From an uncultured Thiomicrospira sp. (GTDB taxonomy: Bacteria > Pseudomonadota > Gammaproteobacteria > CAKMZV01), in NCBI GenBank assembly GCA_965195345.1, contig OZ239628.1, positions 160,001 through 224,000 of the forward strand: 64,000 bases of DNA, in the 5' to 3' direction. The notes under the pieces were generated by a model. It made no database searches, was not told the origin of the DNA, and saw only the letters and a list, made by a program, of their open reading frames with translations. This document shows positions 41,343 through 50,921 of the stretch, in pieces. Positions within the stretch are counted from its first letter, which is position 1. Each line of letters starts with the position of its first letter. Made by a program: the position numbers and the translations under genes.

Positions 41343-41710
41343 AATGGTCTACTTTGAAATATCGTCACCTTCGCATCTGAATCACTGTTCCCTGGAGCGA
41401 ACACTTCAATCACGATTTTTCGCACGTGTTCATCAGGTGTATTTGTTGTGGTCGCCTTCCAATTCCATTGTGCTTCAGCAACTTTAATAGTATCTTCGTG
41501 TACACCCGTCGATGGCCATCTTTTAGTCACCTTATATTGCCCTGCGACATGCATCGCTACTCGATGGGCATGAAAACGTTCATGCGAGCGAGTAAGCTGA
41601 AAAGAATGCTGATTAACACTTGCAAGGACAGCTCCAAGAGAGACAGCCAACAAGACTAAAGCAATCATGACTTCTATTAATGTAAAACCTGATTGACGTT
41701 TTTGCTTCAT
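41339..41710 (-). CDS. gspI: T2SS minor pseudopilin GspI
   Basis: G|FTLIEVMIAL, W.W...T..T; size and position fit. Confidence 0.9.
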   Translation of the reverse strand: MKQKRQSGFTLIEVMIALVLLAVSLGAVLASVNQHSFQLTRSHERFHAHRVAMHVAGQYKVTKRWPSTGVHEDTIKVAEAQWNWKATTTNTPDEHVRKIVIEVFAPGNSDSDAKVTIFQSRPL

Positions 41711-41711
41711 T

Positions 41712-42233
41712 TCAAAAGTTTGATCGGAACTCTTCAAGTTTTGTGCGTCCGAGAATATCTGTTTTTAATTCAAACAACACACTTGCACTTATCTCTGGGT
41801 CATTTCGAGATACCTCTAAAATAAACTCTGTTGCTTCTGCTGTTGGTTGAAAAACAACTTGTGGGAAAAAAGAATCGCTCTCTCCAAAAATAGGAAGTCG
41901 CACGTCAACATTATTGACAACTAATCGTCCATTGCTTAAATCAATAAGCTGTTCTCCTTCTCCTGATTTTTTCCATGATCTACCTTGAATTTGCAAAAAC
42001 ATATAGCGATCATCAAAAAATAATATTCCTTTAGGGGTTCCACTAAGCATAGCCGTTTCTTGTGCATGCGTCATTTCATCTTGTAGCTTTTGTAAAGCCT
42101 CTCTGGTTTCTTTAAAAGGCAGCGGCGTGTAAGAAATCACAGCCCCCCCTGCAATAATCCCTATTATTAGAAACATCACAACCAGTTCAATGAGAGTAAA
42201 TCCTGTCTGTCGTATCTGCATCAACGGTTTCAT
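41712..42233 (-). CDS. gspH: T2SS minor pseudopilin GspH
   Basis: G|FTLIELVV, PQVVFQPTAE.T.F; first gene of the H-N run. Confidence 0.85.
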   Translation of the reverse strand: MKPLMQIRQTGFTLIELVVMFLIIGIIAGGAVISYTPLPFKETREALQKLQDEMTHAQETAMLSGTPKGILFFDDRYMFLQIQGRSWKKSGEGEQLIDLSNGRLVVNNVDVRLPIFGESDSFFPQVVFQPTAEATEFILEVSRNDPEISASVLFELKTDILGRTKLEEFRSNF

Positions 42234-42496
42234 TTGAAAACCCACTTTAAATTACTGCCTAATATCGTTGTCATTCACTTTAAAATTTGTTGGATATAAA
42301 GCATTACACGTAAAAATCTTAAAATTAACGCATCAAGTCCAGCTTTTCATAGCATTCCTTGCACATCCAACATGGGCGCAATTATCCCTTACATCTCTAG
42401 TATTAGAATACAATATTCAATGTTTAAAGGAACGCAGTGCTTAAACATTTTTTTAAAAAGTGTTTAAAGGTTTTTAAAAAAACGCAGGAGGCAAAT

Positions 42497-42823
42497 ATGT
42501 TAGGAAAAAATGGCGTGGGCAATTTAATGAAACAAGCTCAGCAAATGCAAGAAAAAATGCAACGCATGCAAGATGAATTAAAACAGCTTGAAGCGACAGG
42601 CGAAGCTGGAGGAGGGTGGGTTAAAGTCACACTGAATGGAGACAATCAGTTGATTCGTATTGACATCAAAGAAGATGCTGTAAACGATAAAGAAATGCTT
42701 GAGGATTTAATCACTGCTGCGCATAATGCTGCACGCATAAAAATCACAACCTTAACTCAAGAGAAATCGCAAGAAACAATGGGAGGATTCAATTTGCCTC
42801 CAGGAATGAAACTTCCTTTTTAA
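42497..42823 (+). CDS. ybaB: YbaB/EbfC nucleoid-associated protein
   Basis: AGGAGG RBS; NLMKQAQQMQ, GEAGGG.VKV, MLEDLI, PPGMKLPF. Confidence 0.96.
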   Translation: MLGKNGVGNLMKQAQQMQEKMQRMQDELKQLEATGEAGGGWVKVTLNGDNQLIRIDIKEDAVNDKEMLEDLITAAHNAARIKITTLTQEKSQETMGGFNLPPGMKLPF

Positions 42824-42830
42824 AAAACCT

Positions 42831-43412
42831 ATGTACGACCCTCTTTTGAAACAGCTTGAGACTGCCTTACAAATCTTTCCCGGTGTTGGCAAGCGTAGCG
42901 CACAGAGAATGGTGCAACACATATTGCAGAATAACCGAAATGGTGCCTTGGTACTAGGAGAGGTTTTATCCAAGGCAATGCAACAGGTTGGCAATTGCAA
43001 ACGTTGCCGAAACTTTTCTACTCAAGAAATTTGTGCTTTATGCGACGATGCAAGCCGAGATCAAGCTCTCCTTTGCGTAGTTGCATCGCCTTCTGACATC
43101 GACGCTATTGAAAGCGCCGATTACAACGGACAATTTTTTATATTGATGGGACTGCTGTCCCCTATGCGGGGTATTGGACGAGATAATTTAGGATTGAAGC
43201 TACTGAAACACCGAATTGAAAGCACCCCGTTTAACGAGTTAATATTAGCCCTTCCTGGAACTATTGAAGGAGAAGCTACATCCCAGTTGATAATAGATCA
43301 GTTCAATGAGCAGATTAAAATATCCAAACTAGCACAAGGCGTTCCTGTAGGCAGTGACCTTTCCTATCTTGATAGCAATACGCTAAACCATGCTTTCAGA
43401 GGCCGCCATTAG
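42831..43412 (+). CDS. recR: Recombination mediator RecR
   Basis: PGVGKRSAQR, C4 zinc finger, EGEAT, LAQGVPVG. Confidence 0.96.
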   Translation: MYDPLLKQLETALQIFPGVGKRSAQRMVQHILQNNRNGALVLGEVLSKAMQQVGNCKRCRNFSTQEICALCDDASRDQALLCVVASPSDIDAIESADYNGQFFILMGLLSPMRGIGRDNLGLKLLKHRIESTPFNELILALPGTIEGEATSQLIIDQFNEQIKISKLAQGVPVGSDLSYLDSNTLNHAFRGRH

Positions 43413-43414
43413 CT

Positions 43415-44647
43415 ATGATTACCCAATATGATTTTGATGGTGTCGATTATTCCTTACTGGCCGACAAATATGGCACCCCCCTTTACCTCTACAGTGCGAA
43501 TGCAATTTGTACGCAATGGGACGCTTTTAACCAATCATTTGGAACAAGAAAGCATCGTATATGCTACGCTGTTAAGGCAAACTCCAATTTATCAATTTTA
43601 AAATTATTAGCAGACAGAGGAAGCGGCTTTGACATCGTCTCTGGAGGCGAATTAAAAGCAGTCCTTCTTGCTGGTGGCAAAGCGGATGAGACCATTTTTT
43701 CTGGCGTTGCCAAACAAACTTGGGAAATTAAATTTGCCTTAACTCAGAACATCGGTTGTTTTAATGTTGAATCGCTTCCCGAGGTAGAGCGCATTGCACT
43801 CATTGCAAAAAATATGGGCAAAGTTGCAAACATTGCCGTACGTATTAACCCTGATATTGACGCTGGAACACACCCTTACATTTCAACAGGACTAAAAGAA
43901 AACAAGTTTGGAGTAGACCTCCCTTCTGCGTATCGTATTTATGATTTAGCAAAAACCTCTCCCTCTCTAAACATAGAAGGTATCTCTTGCCATGTTGGCT
44001 CACAATTAACCGACTTGGAACCTTTCAATGAATCGACAGAAAAACTTTTAAATGTCGTTGCTGAATTAGAAAAGTGTGACATTAAGATCAACCACATTGA
44101 TGTGGGAGGAGGGCTTGGGGTTCGTTATGATAACGAAGATCCTCCAGCAATATCGAGCTACGTAGAAAATTTGTGCCGAAACATTCCAGAAAAATACCCA
44201 ATATTTCTCGAACCTGGGCGAGCCATCGTTGCAAACGCTGGCGTTTTATTAACCAAAGTAGAATATTTGAAAGAAACACCAAGTAAAAATTTCGCCCTTA
44301 TCGATGGCGCAATGAACGACCTCCTTCGCCCGTCTCTTTACTCCGCCTACCATAATATTTCCCGTGCTGGGGGAGAGCTCGATGTTCGAAAAATCTACGA
44401 CATAGTCGGTCCTGTTTGTGAAACAAGTGATTTTCTTGGAAAAAATCGAGAGCTCGGTATCATTGAAGGCGATTTGCTATGCATATTTTCTGTAGGAGGA
44501 TACGGCTTTGTAATGGGTTCAAACTATAATTCTAGAGGACGCGCTGCAGAAGTTCTTATCGATAAAAACGGACAACATCGATTAATTAGTTCTCGGGAAT
44601 CCTTTGATGAAATATTTTCAAATCAACTACGCCATTTAAACCATTAA
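43415..44647 (+). CDS. lysA: Diaminopimelate decarboxylase
   Basis: YAVKAN, HPYISTG, HVGSQ, EPGR, GPVCETSD, SNYN. Confidence 0.97.
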   Translation: MITQYDFDGVDYSLLADKYGTPLYLYSANAICTQWDAFNQSFGTRKHRICYAVKANSNLSILKLLADRGSGFDIVSGGELKAVLLAGGKADETIFSGVAKQTWEIKFALTQNIGCFNVESLPEVERIALIAKNMGKVANIAVRINPDIDAGTHPYISTGLKENKFGVDLPSAYRIYDLAKTSPSLNIEGISCHVGSQLTDLEPFNESTEKLLNVVAELEKCDIKINHIDVGGGLGVRYDNEDPPAISSYVENLCRNIPEKYPIFLEPGRAIVANAGVLLTKVEYLKETPSKNFALIDGAMNDLLRPSLYSAYHNISRAGGELDVRKIYDIVGPVCETSDFLGKNRELGIIEGDLLCIFSVGGYGFVMGSNYNSRGRAAEVLIDKNGQHRLISSRESFDEIFSNQLRHLNH

Positions 44648-44711
44648 GAATTTTTTCCATATTCTTTGCTCAATTAGTGTGCTCAACAGCTCTCAAAATG
44701 AGCATGATGTG

Positions 44712-45166
44712 GATTTACCAAGAATCGGTGAAATTCCCACGGGGCTTCCATCAATTGTTATTCCTCAACTCGGCATAGCTGATTTGCCACAAATCGTAAA
44801 GTGCCTTAATTCTTGCTTTCTTGGGATCCATTGACTCCCTGTTAACGTCTTTGTCGCTGACTCAATGACTCGAACATCACACAATTCGAATAAAGAACTT
44901 ATTGGTCAAGGCATTGGCAACATTGTTGCTGGTCTGTTTGGTGGACTGGCAAGCGCGGGTGCAACAATGCGTACTCTCGTAAATATTCGTTCGGGTGGAT
45001 TAACTCCCTAAGCGGTATGATACATGCTGGCGTTTTTTTCGAGGCGTGCCAAAATGTACTTGATACTCTTGAAAAAACAGATGTTCTTGACGGTTTCCCT
45101 GAACAAAACATCACCGAGACTCGCCTTGATGCACTCAATCGCACAGAATCAATTATAGTTCCTTGA
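44712..45166 (+). pseudogene. Degraded SulP/SLC26 anion transporter (BicA-like) fragment
   Basis: Across three frameshifts: RIGEIPTGLP / ALILAFLGSIDSLLTS / VADSMTRTSHNSNKELIGQGIGNIVAGLFGGLASAGATMRTLVNIRSGG / LSGMIHA, joined directly to a STAS-tail-like end (TRLDAL). Confidence 0.88.
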
Positions 45167-45208
45167 GAAACTCCTTAAAAAGGCGAACAAGTACCTTCTC
45201 CGCAAGGA

Positions 45209-46555
45209 TTATCCCTTTATATTATCTCGGCTAAGATCTTCCTTGCTTGCCACATCTGCAAGCGTCCCTTTTGGAGGCTTATACCAGCCAGGATCATTAT
45301 AGTTTTCAATATCTCGGCGCACTTTTAATATCGTAAATAAACCACCCATGGTTATGTAATCGTGGGGTCCCCAACCACCAACCATTGGGATTGAGTTGTC
45401 AGGAGGAGTCATATGCCCACGCTCTATGTGTATGCCATGCTCTCCCATTCCATCCGAACCCATAGCCATAAAATTAGGGAAAATATTTGCCACTGCTCGC
45501 TCAAAAACACGTGGATCAGTACCGATCAAGTTTGGAATGTCATGCCCCATTTGATTCATAACATGGTGAGTCATATGACAATGCATCACCCAGTCTCCTT
45601 CGGCATCAGCCCTCAACTCAATATCGCGAGTCGAACCAACAGGAACAAGCACCGTTGTTTCTGGCCATTGTCCTGCCGCTGGAATCGCGCCTCCGTCCGT
45701 TGCGACCACATTAAAACTGTACCCATGTAAATGGATTGGGTGATGACTCATTGCCGATAAGTTTCCTATGCGAATTCGCACCTTATCTCCCCACTTTGCA
45801 ATCAAATTATCCGTTCCTGGAAAACAACGCGCATTGATAGTTAGCAAATTAAAATCCACCATTTCATTAGGGTCAGGTCGACGAGTTCCAGGATCTATTT
45901 TCCATTCACTCAACATCATGACAAAATCACGATCTGGACGCTGTGCCTTTGGCACCCCTCGCGGATGAACAATAAACATTCCGAGCATCCCCATAGACAT
46001 TTGCGTCATTTCATCGTGGTGTGAATGATACATAAAAGTCCCATGTTGGCGCAATGTGAACTCATACTTAAACGTCTCTCCAGGTTTAATTGCTCTTTGA
46101 CTTACGCCTCCAACACCATCCATACCGCTTGGTAAAAATATGCCGTGCCAATGCACTGATGTTGGCGCAATAAGACGATTAGTAACATATATTCGAACGC
46201 GGTCACCTTCACCCACTTCAATTGTTGGTCCGTGTACCTGCCCATTGAATCCCCAGCACAGCCCTTCTAATCCTTTGGCAAACTGATGATTGACCTCTTC
46301 ACATATCAGATGGAATACTTTTACGCCATCAACTACTTTGTATGGCAACGTAGAGCCATTGGGCGTTATGGTAGGATTGTAATCAACGCCCGGAACAGCG
46401 GGAGGCAAGCCGCTTACATCATTCAGCCTTCCACTTGAAGAATCAGCCCACCGCCTTTCTTCAGTTGCTGTATTTGCAAATGCGGGCGTTGAAGCAACAC
46501 TTGCAGCAGATGTTACAAGGGCTGCCTTAATAAATTTGCGACGATCATTTAACAT
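45209..46555 (-). CDS. Tat-exported multicopper oxidase (two-domain type, Met/His-rich tail)
   Basis: DRRKFIK; SVHWHG, MYHSH, HPIHLHG, HCHMTHHVMNQM. Confidence 0.93.
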   Translation of the reverse strand: MLNDRRKFIKAALVTSAASVASTPAFANTATEERRWADSSSGRLNDVSGLPPAVPGVDYNPTITPNGSTLPYKVVDGVKVFHLICEEVNHQFAKGLEGLCWGFNGQVHGPTIEVGEGDRVRIYVTNRLIAPTSVHWHGIFLPSGMDGVGGVSQRAIKPGETFKYEFTLRQHGTFMYHSHHDEMTQMSMGMLGMFIVHPRGVPKAQRPDRDFVMMLSEWKIDPGTRRPDPNEMVDFNLLTINARCFPGTDNLIAKWGDKVRIRIGNLSAMSHHPIHLHGYSFNVVATDGGAIPAAGQWPETTVLVPVGSTRDIELRADAEGDWVMHCHMTHHVMNQMGHDIPNLIGTDPRVFERAVANIFPNFMAMGSDGMGEHGIHIERGHMTPPDNSIPMVGGWGPHDYITMGGLFTILKVRRDIENYNDPGWYKPPKGTLADVASKEDLSRDNIKG

Positions 46556-47925
46556 TAGTGTTCTCCTTGGGAATTATCTGACCCTGTATCCGAGACATTG
46601 CTCTTTGAAAACTCAAGCGTAATGCCTGCAGTCATTGCTTCGATTCTGGCTCTATTTTGCCAATATTGATGCAGCATGTCTACAAAGCCACTCCGTCTTT
46701 CATTCCCTTGCTTGTGGTAATTTAGCAACCCAAAAATTCCAAGCTGCATCCCGTTATAAGACTTCATAGACTCCGTTTCTAAATTTATTTGGTCGGGTGT
46801 TACCTCGTCTAATAATTTCTCAACTAATTTACGCGATAACCGCATATCTTCAACCGCATTGGTGGTCGTTAATTGCAATTTCTTTTTTTGAAAATTCAGT
46901 TGTAACCGTGTTTTGCGCAAAGCATGGCGAATAGCCGCCGCTCGCGTTCCGCCTGTATCAAGTATGGGAATAGCTAAATCCACCTGAGCGCCAAACTCAC
47001 CTTCTCCATCGCTGCGTTCATAAACGGGCCCTGCTTCGACGTCGTGCACAAACCGCTCTGTTTGATTTTGTGAATGGGCGGCATGTAATGCTTTTTCTTG
47101 TTTTGCAAGCCGCTGTAATTTCAAATTATTTTCCAATATCTTGGCCTCAATTCCATCCAGTTGAATCGTTTTCGAAGGAATTTTAGGCAAGGTATCTGGA
47201 ACGAGTAACCGATCTACATCAACTCCCAGCATTAGTGCGAGCTTACGTAATTCAGAGCGATAGTTCTGTTCAATCAAGTGAAAACGGACTTCCGATAGGC
47301 TGTAGTTTATATTCGCGGAATAAAGCGCAAGGTCGGTTGTGTTACCCACTCGATGAATCTCTTCTGTGCTTACCTTAGACGCTTCCATCGCATCCAACGT
47401 CCGCACCTCTATTCCAAGTTTTTGTTGCGATGCAACCACCAGTAGCCACTGATCGTAGATGGCATATAAGCGCTCTATTAGTTTTTCTAAAGCGGCATAC
47501 TGCGCTTCTTCAAAAACCGCATCAGCGCGATCTATTCGAGCACTCAAAGACAGTAGACGAGTCAAGCTCCACGTCAACTCAAATTCCTGAGATTGATCAA
47601 ATGCTGTTATTTCAATTTCAGGGTTTGCTAATAATGCCGTTTGCATTGCCTGCGCATGCTGCTCCCCTAATCTTGCCAAATTAATTTGCAGCTCATAGCT
47701 ATTAAGCAAAGCAACCTCAAATAGAGTCGGTGCAGTTAACGGTTCCTCTAACAAACGCCGAACTTTCGTTTGGACGTCTGCAGGAGGGTGGTCTCCATCC
47801 CACCAAATAATGCTTTTATCAAACCTTTCAATCACACTGTCTTGAATAAATTTCTCTGCTGGTTTTTTTGGTAAAGAGCAGGCAGATAGAAAGACGATTG
47901 TAAATATAAAAATGTACTTTTTCAT
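46555..47925 (-). CDS. TolC-like outer membrane lipoprotein of copper oxidase operons
   Basis: LSAC lipobox, ALLN...LQ, LANP, IPILD.G, YNGMQLG.F.LL, terminal His; coupled to the oxidase gene. Confidence 0.85.
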   Translation of the reverse strand: MKKYIFIFTIVFLSACSLPKKPAEKFIQDSVIERFDKSIIWWDGDHPPADVQTKVRRLLEEPLTAPTLFEVALLNSYELQINLARLGEQHAQAMQTALLANPEIEITAFDQSQEFELTWSLTRLLSLSARIDRADAVFEEAQYAALEKLIERLYAIYDQWLLVVASQQKLGIEVRTLDAMEASKVSTEEIHRVGNTTDLALYSANINYSLSEVRFHLIEQNYRSELRKLALMLGVDVDRLLVPDTLPKIPSKTIQLDGIEAKILENNLKLQRLAKQEKALHAAHSQNQTERFVHDVEAGPVYERSDGEGEFGAQVDLAIPILDTGGTRAAAIRHALRKTRLQLNFQKKKLQLTTTNAVEDMRLSRKLVEKLLDEVTPDQINLETESMKSYNGMQLGIFGLLNYHKQGNERRSGFVDMLHQYWQNRARIEAMTAGITLEFSKSNVSDTGSDNSQGEH

Positions 47926-48031
47926 GTTCCCCTCACATAAACCTTTAAGCCAAAGCTCAAAGATGAAATAAAAATGCGTTGCACTATCTAACGAGGCAAC
48001 TCGGAAGTGAATATTTACGTGATTGGGGGAC
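47926..48031 (-). promoter_or_regulatory. Structured leader: SD/anti-SD pairing enclosing two hairpins
   Basis: SD region GUGAGGGGAAC (47926-47936) is complementary, with bulges, to GUCCCCCAAUCAC (48019-48031); inner hairpins at 47943-47962 (8 bp) and 47978-48000. Confidence 0.6.
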
Positions 48032-48329
48032 GAAACAGAAGATCGAGAGACGTTTTCTGAAAAGATTTGATAGTTGGGAACGATTGAAGCGGTCGAATCA
48101 AAATAGTTTGCACCATTGTTATTTCTTGCTCAAATGTCGCTGTCTGCGCACAATGGCAAGATTGTGATTGAGTGGACTCATGGCAATTCATTGTTGCACT
48201 ATCCGTGAATAGCATATTAGTGCTACACACTGAACCTGAAAAACCTAAATTACTCCACAGTAAAAACAGTAAAAGTATCAGTGATTGATTTTTTATTTTA
48301 AAAGTCATCTTTATAAGGATACGTTGCAT
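48015..48329 (-). CDS. Small exported Cys/His peptide with C-terminal RPP (CutF/CruR-like leader)
   Basis: Hydrophobic signal ILLLFLLWSNLGFS, NCHE and SCHC, ends LLFRPPIT; directly upstream of copper genes; alternative start at 48308. Confidence 0.72.
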   Translation of the reverse strand: MQRILIKMTFKIKNQSLILLLFLLWSNLGFSGSVCSTNMLFTDSATMNCHESTQSQSCHCAQTATFEQEITMVQTILIRPLQSFPTIKSFQKTSLDLLFRPPIT

Positions 48330-48369
48330 TTAGAAGCATCCCTCATGTCAACAAAATAAACCGCATCTG

Positions 48370-50340
48370 TTAATGTCCTTCGGACTGCATTTGACTTATG
48401 ATATCAGGGTTTTCCAAGGTTGATGTGTCCGAGGTAATTGCCTCGCCTTTAGCGACTGTTTTAAGCAACCTACGCATTATTTTCCCTGAGCGCGTTTTCG
48501 GCAAATTGTCTGCAAATCGAATCTCATCGGGTCTTGCGATTGCTCCTATTTCTTTTGTCACCTGATCACGAAGCTCTTTTGCTATATCAGCGGCTTTTCC
48601 ACCTTCAGGTCGCTCTCCAATGGGAATAACGAAAGCCATTATTGCTTCACCTTTCACGGGATGCGGTCTTGGAACAACGGCTGCCTCAGCAATCAATGGG
48701 TGGCTAACCAAAGCAGATTCAATTTCCATCGTTCCCAGTCGATGCCCCGATACATTAAGGACATCGTCCATGCGCCCCATAATCCAAAAGTAACCATCAT
48801 CATCAATACGGGCATTATCACCTGCCACATAATAGCGATTGTCAAATAACGACCAATACGCATCTATATAGCGTGCATCGTCATTAAATACTGTGCGCAG
48901 CATAGACGGCCACGGCTTGGTGGCAACCAAAGCGCCCCCTTGATTCGGCTCATCAATAATTTGACCGCTTTCATCAACAATTGCCATAGATATCCCCGGC
49001 AACGGTCTCGTACAAGAACCAGGCTTAGTGGCAACCACCCCCGGTATGGGAGCAATCATATTCGCACCTGTCTCAGTTTGCCACCAAGTATCAACTATAG
49101 GGCAACGCTCTTTGCCAATTGTTCGATGATACCACATCCATGCTTCAGGGTTGATGGGCTCTCCTACAGTTCCAAGCAAACGAATTGAAGACAAGTCGTA
49201 ACGATTAGGAAAATCTTCTCCCGCTTTCATAAGCGCACGGATAGCGGTGGGTGCAGTATAAAAAATCGTCACCTTGTTCGAGGCGCAGATTTTCCAAAAT
49301 CGCCCAGCATCTGGAACGGTTGGTCCACCCTCATAAATCATAATCGTGCCACCACAAGCAAGTGGACCATAACACACATAAGAATGCCCTGTGATCCAAC
49401 CAACATCGGCTGTACACCAAAAAACATCAACATCAGGCTTGATATCCATGACCCATTCCATCGTCAACTGTGCGTTAAGCAAATAGCCTGCGCTTGAGTG
49501 TTGAACGCCTTTCGGCTTCCCTGTGGACCCCGATGTATAGAGGACAAATAAAGGGTGGTCGGCCTCGACAGGCTCAGGAGGACAATGATTACTCATGCCT
49601 TCTTCTGCTTCATTCCACCAAATATCTCGTTCCGAATTCATAACAACTTCATTGCCTGCATTTTTAAGAACAATAACCTTCTTAACAGCAGCAGTGCTTG
49701 CATCCAAAGCAGCATCAACCGCTGCCTTTAACGCCACAAGCTTTCCTCCCCTATAGCTACCATCCGCCGTTATAACGACCTTTGCACCAGCATCTTCAAT
49801 CCGATCACGCAAAGCCTCTGAAGAAAACCCGCCAAATACAACGGAATGCGTTGCTCCAATACGTGCGCACGCTTGCATCGCAAAAACCGCGTGCGCTGTC
49901 ATCGGCATATAAATAATAACTCGATCGCCCTTTCCAACGCCTATTTTCTTGAGTGCATTAGCAATTCGACATACCTCATCGTGCAACTCACGATAGGTAT
50001 AAGTTCTTGAGTCGCCCTTTTCATTTTCAAAAATAATCGCCGTTTGATCGCCTCGATCATCAAGATGACGGTCTATGCAATTTGCTGAAACATTCATTTG
50101 ACCATCAGAAAACCAATTAAAATGCGGCGCTTTTGAAGCGTCTAAAATAACACTAAACTCCTTAATCCAATTGAGCTTTTCTCGTGCTAAATTACCCCAA
50201 AAACCCTCATTATCTGCATCAGCCTCATCATATAATGCTTGCAAAGACTCTGCATTCAAATTTGCTTGTTTTTGAAATGCTTCATTTGGCTTGAATTGAC
50301 GTCTTTCAACCAAGCTTGATTCGAGTGTTCTATCGTTCAT
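48370..50340 (-). CDS. acs: Acetyl-CoA synthetase
   Basis: [42 protein letters not shown]. Confidence 0.98.
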   Translation of the reverse strand: MNDRTLESSLVERRQFKPNEAFQKQANLNAESLQALYDEADADNEGFWGNLAREKLNWIKEFSVILDASKAPHFNWFSDGQMNVSANCIDRHLDDRGDQTAIIFENEKGDSRTYTYRELHDEVCRIANALKKIGVGKGDRVIIYMPMTAHAVFAMQACARIGATHSVVFGGFSSEALRDRIEDAGAKVVITADGSYRGGKLVALKAAVDAALDASTAAVKKVIVLKNAGNEVVMNSERDIWWNEAEEGMSNHCPPEPVEADHPLFVLYTSGSTGKPKGVQHSSAGYLLNAQLTMEWVMDIKPDVDVFWCTADVGWITGHSYVCYGPLACGGTIMIYEGGPTVPDAGRFWKICASNKVTIFYTAPTAIRALMKAGEDFPNRYDLSSIRLLGTVGEPINPEAWMWYHRTIGKERCPIVDTWWQTETGANMIAPIPGVVATKPGSCTRPLPGISMAIVDESGQIIDEPNQGGALVATKPWPSMLRTVFNDDARYIDAYWSLFDNRYYVAGDNARIDDDGYFWIMGRMDDVLNVSGHRLGTMEIESALVSHPLIAEAAVVPRPHPVKGEAIMAFVIPIGERPEGGKAADIAKELRDQVTKEIGAIARPDEIRFADNLPKTRSGKIMRRLLKTVAKGEAITSDTSTLENPDIISQMQSEGH

Positions 50341-50474
50341 GATTTTATTTTTCTTTAAAGTGTTTGTAGTTATTCGTGGTTACGTATTGCATTCTTTCAG
50401 GCGTTAGCATACACTATTCTTCCTGTGTAAGTCAATCCTATATCGAAATATTGAGGGAGTTAAATTAACAAAAA

Positions 50475-50921
50475 ATGAAAAAGAAAATATATTTATTCAA
50501 CCTACTTATTGGCCTCTTTTTTGCGCCTTTCGCTGTGGCAGAATACGAGTGCGAACCAACCCCTCAAATGTTTCTTGGTAACAGCTACAAACCAATAACT
50601 CAAACCAGCACAGAGTTAGGAAAAGGATTTCACGTACGTGGCACCGTTTTTTCGGCCGTAGACTGTATGCAAATTCCGAGCGCCAAAATACAGTATTGGC
50701 AAGCTGGGAAAAATGGCAAGTATGAGGATCGGTTCTATGCCCAACAAGTCGCCAATGAAAAAGGGCAATTTGGGTTTGAAACAGAATACCCTGGAACCAA
50801 CCCGCCCCACATTCATTTCATAATCACTGCTCCGGGATACAAAACACTGACGACTCAATGGGTTTCAAAAGGGTTCCGTGATCGAGTCACCTTATATTTA
50901 ACAATGGAACCTGTTAAATGA
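50475..50921 (+). CDS. Secreted intradiol ring-cleavage dioxygenase-like protein
   Basis: Signal peptide, CEPTP, WQA...G.Y, YPG, PPHIHF, APGYKTLTTQ. Confidence 0.8.
   Translation: MKKKIYLFNLLIGLFFAPFAVAEYECEPTPQMFLGNSYKPITQTSTELGKGFHVRGTVFSAVDCMQIPSAKIQYWQAGKNGKYEDRFYAQQVANEKGQFGFETEYPGTNPPHIHFIITAPGYKTLTTQWVSKGFRDRVTLYLTMEPVK

Noticed and set aside
44899-45144. Minus-strand 81-aa ORF
   Set aside because: Antisense shadow of the SulP pseudogene
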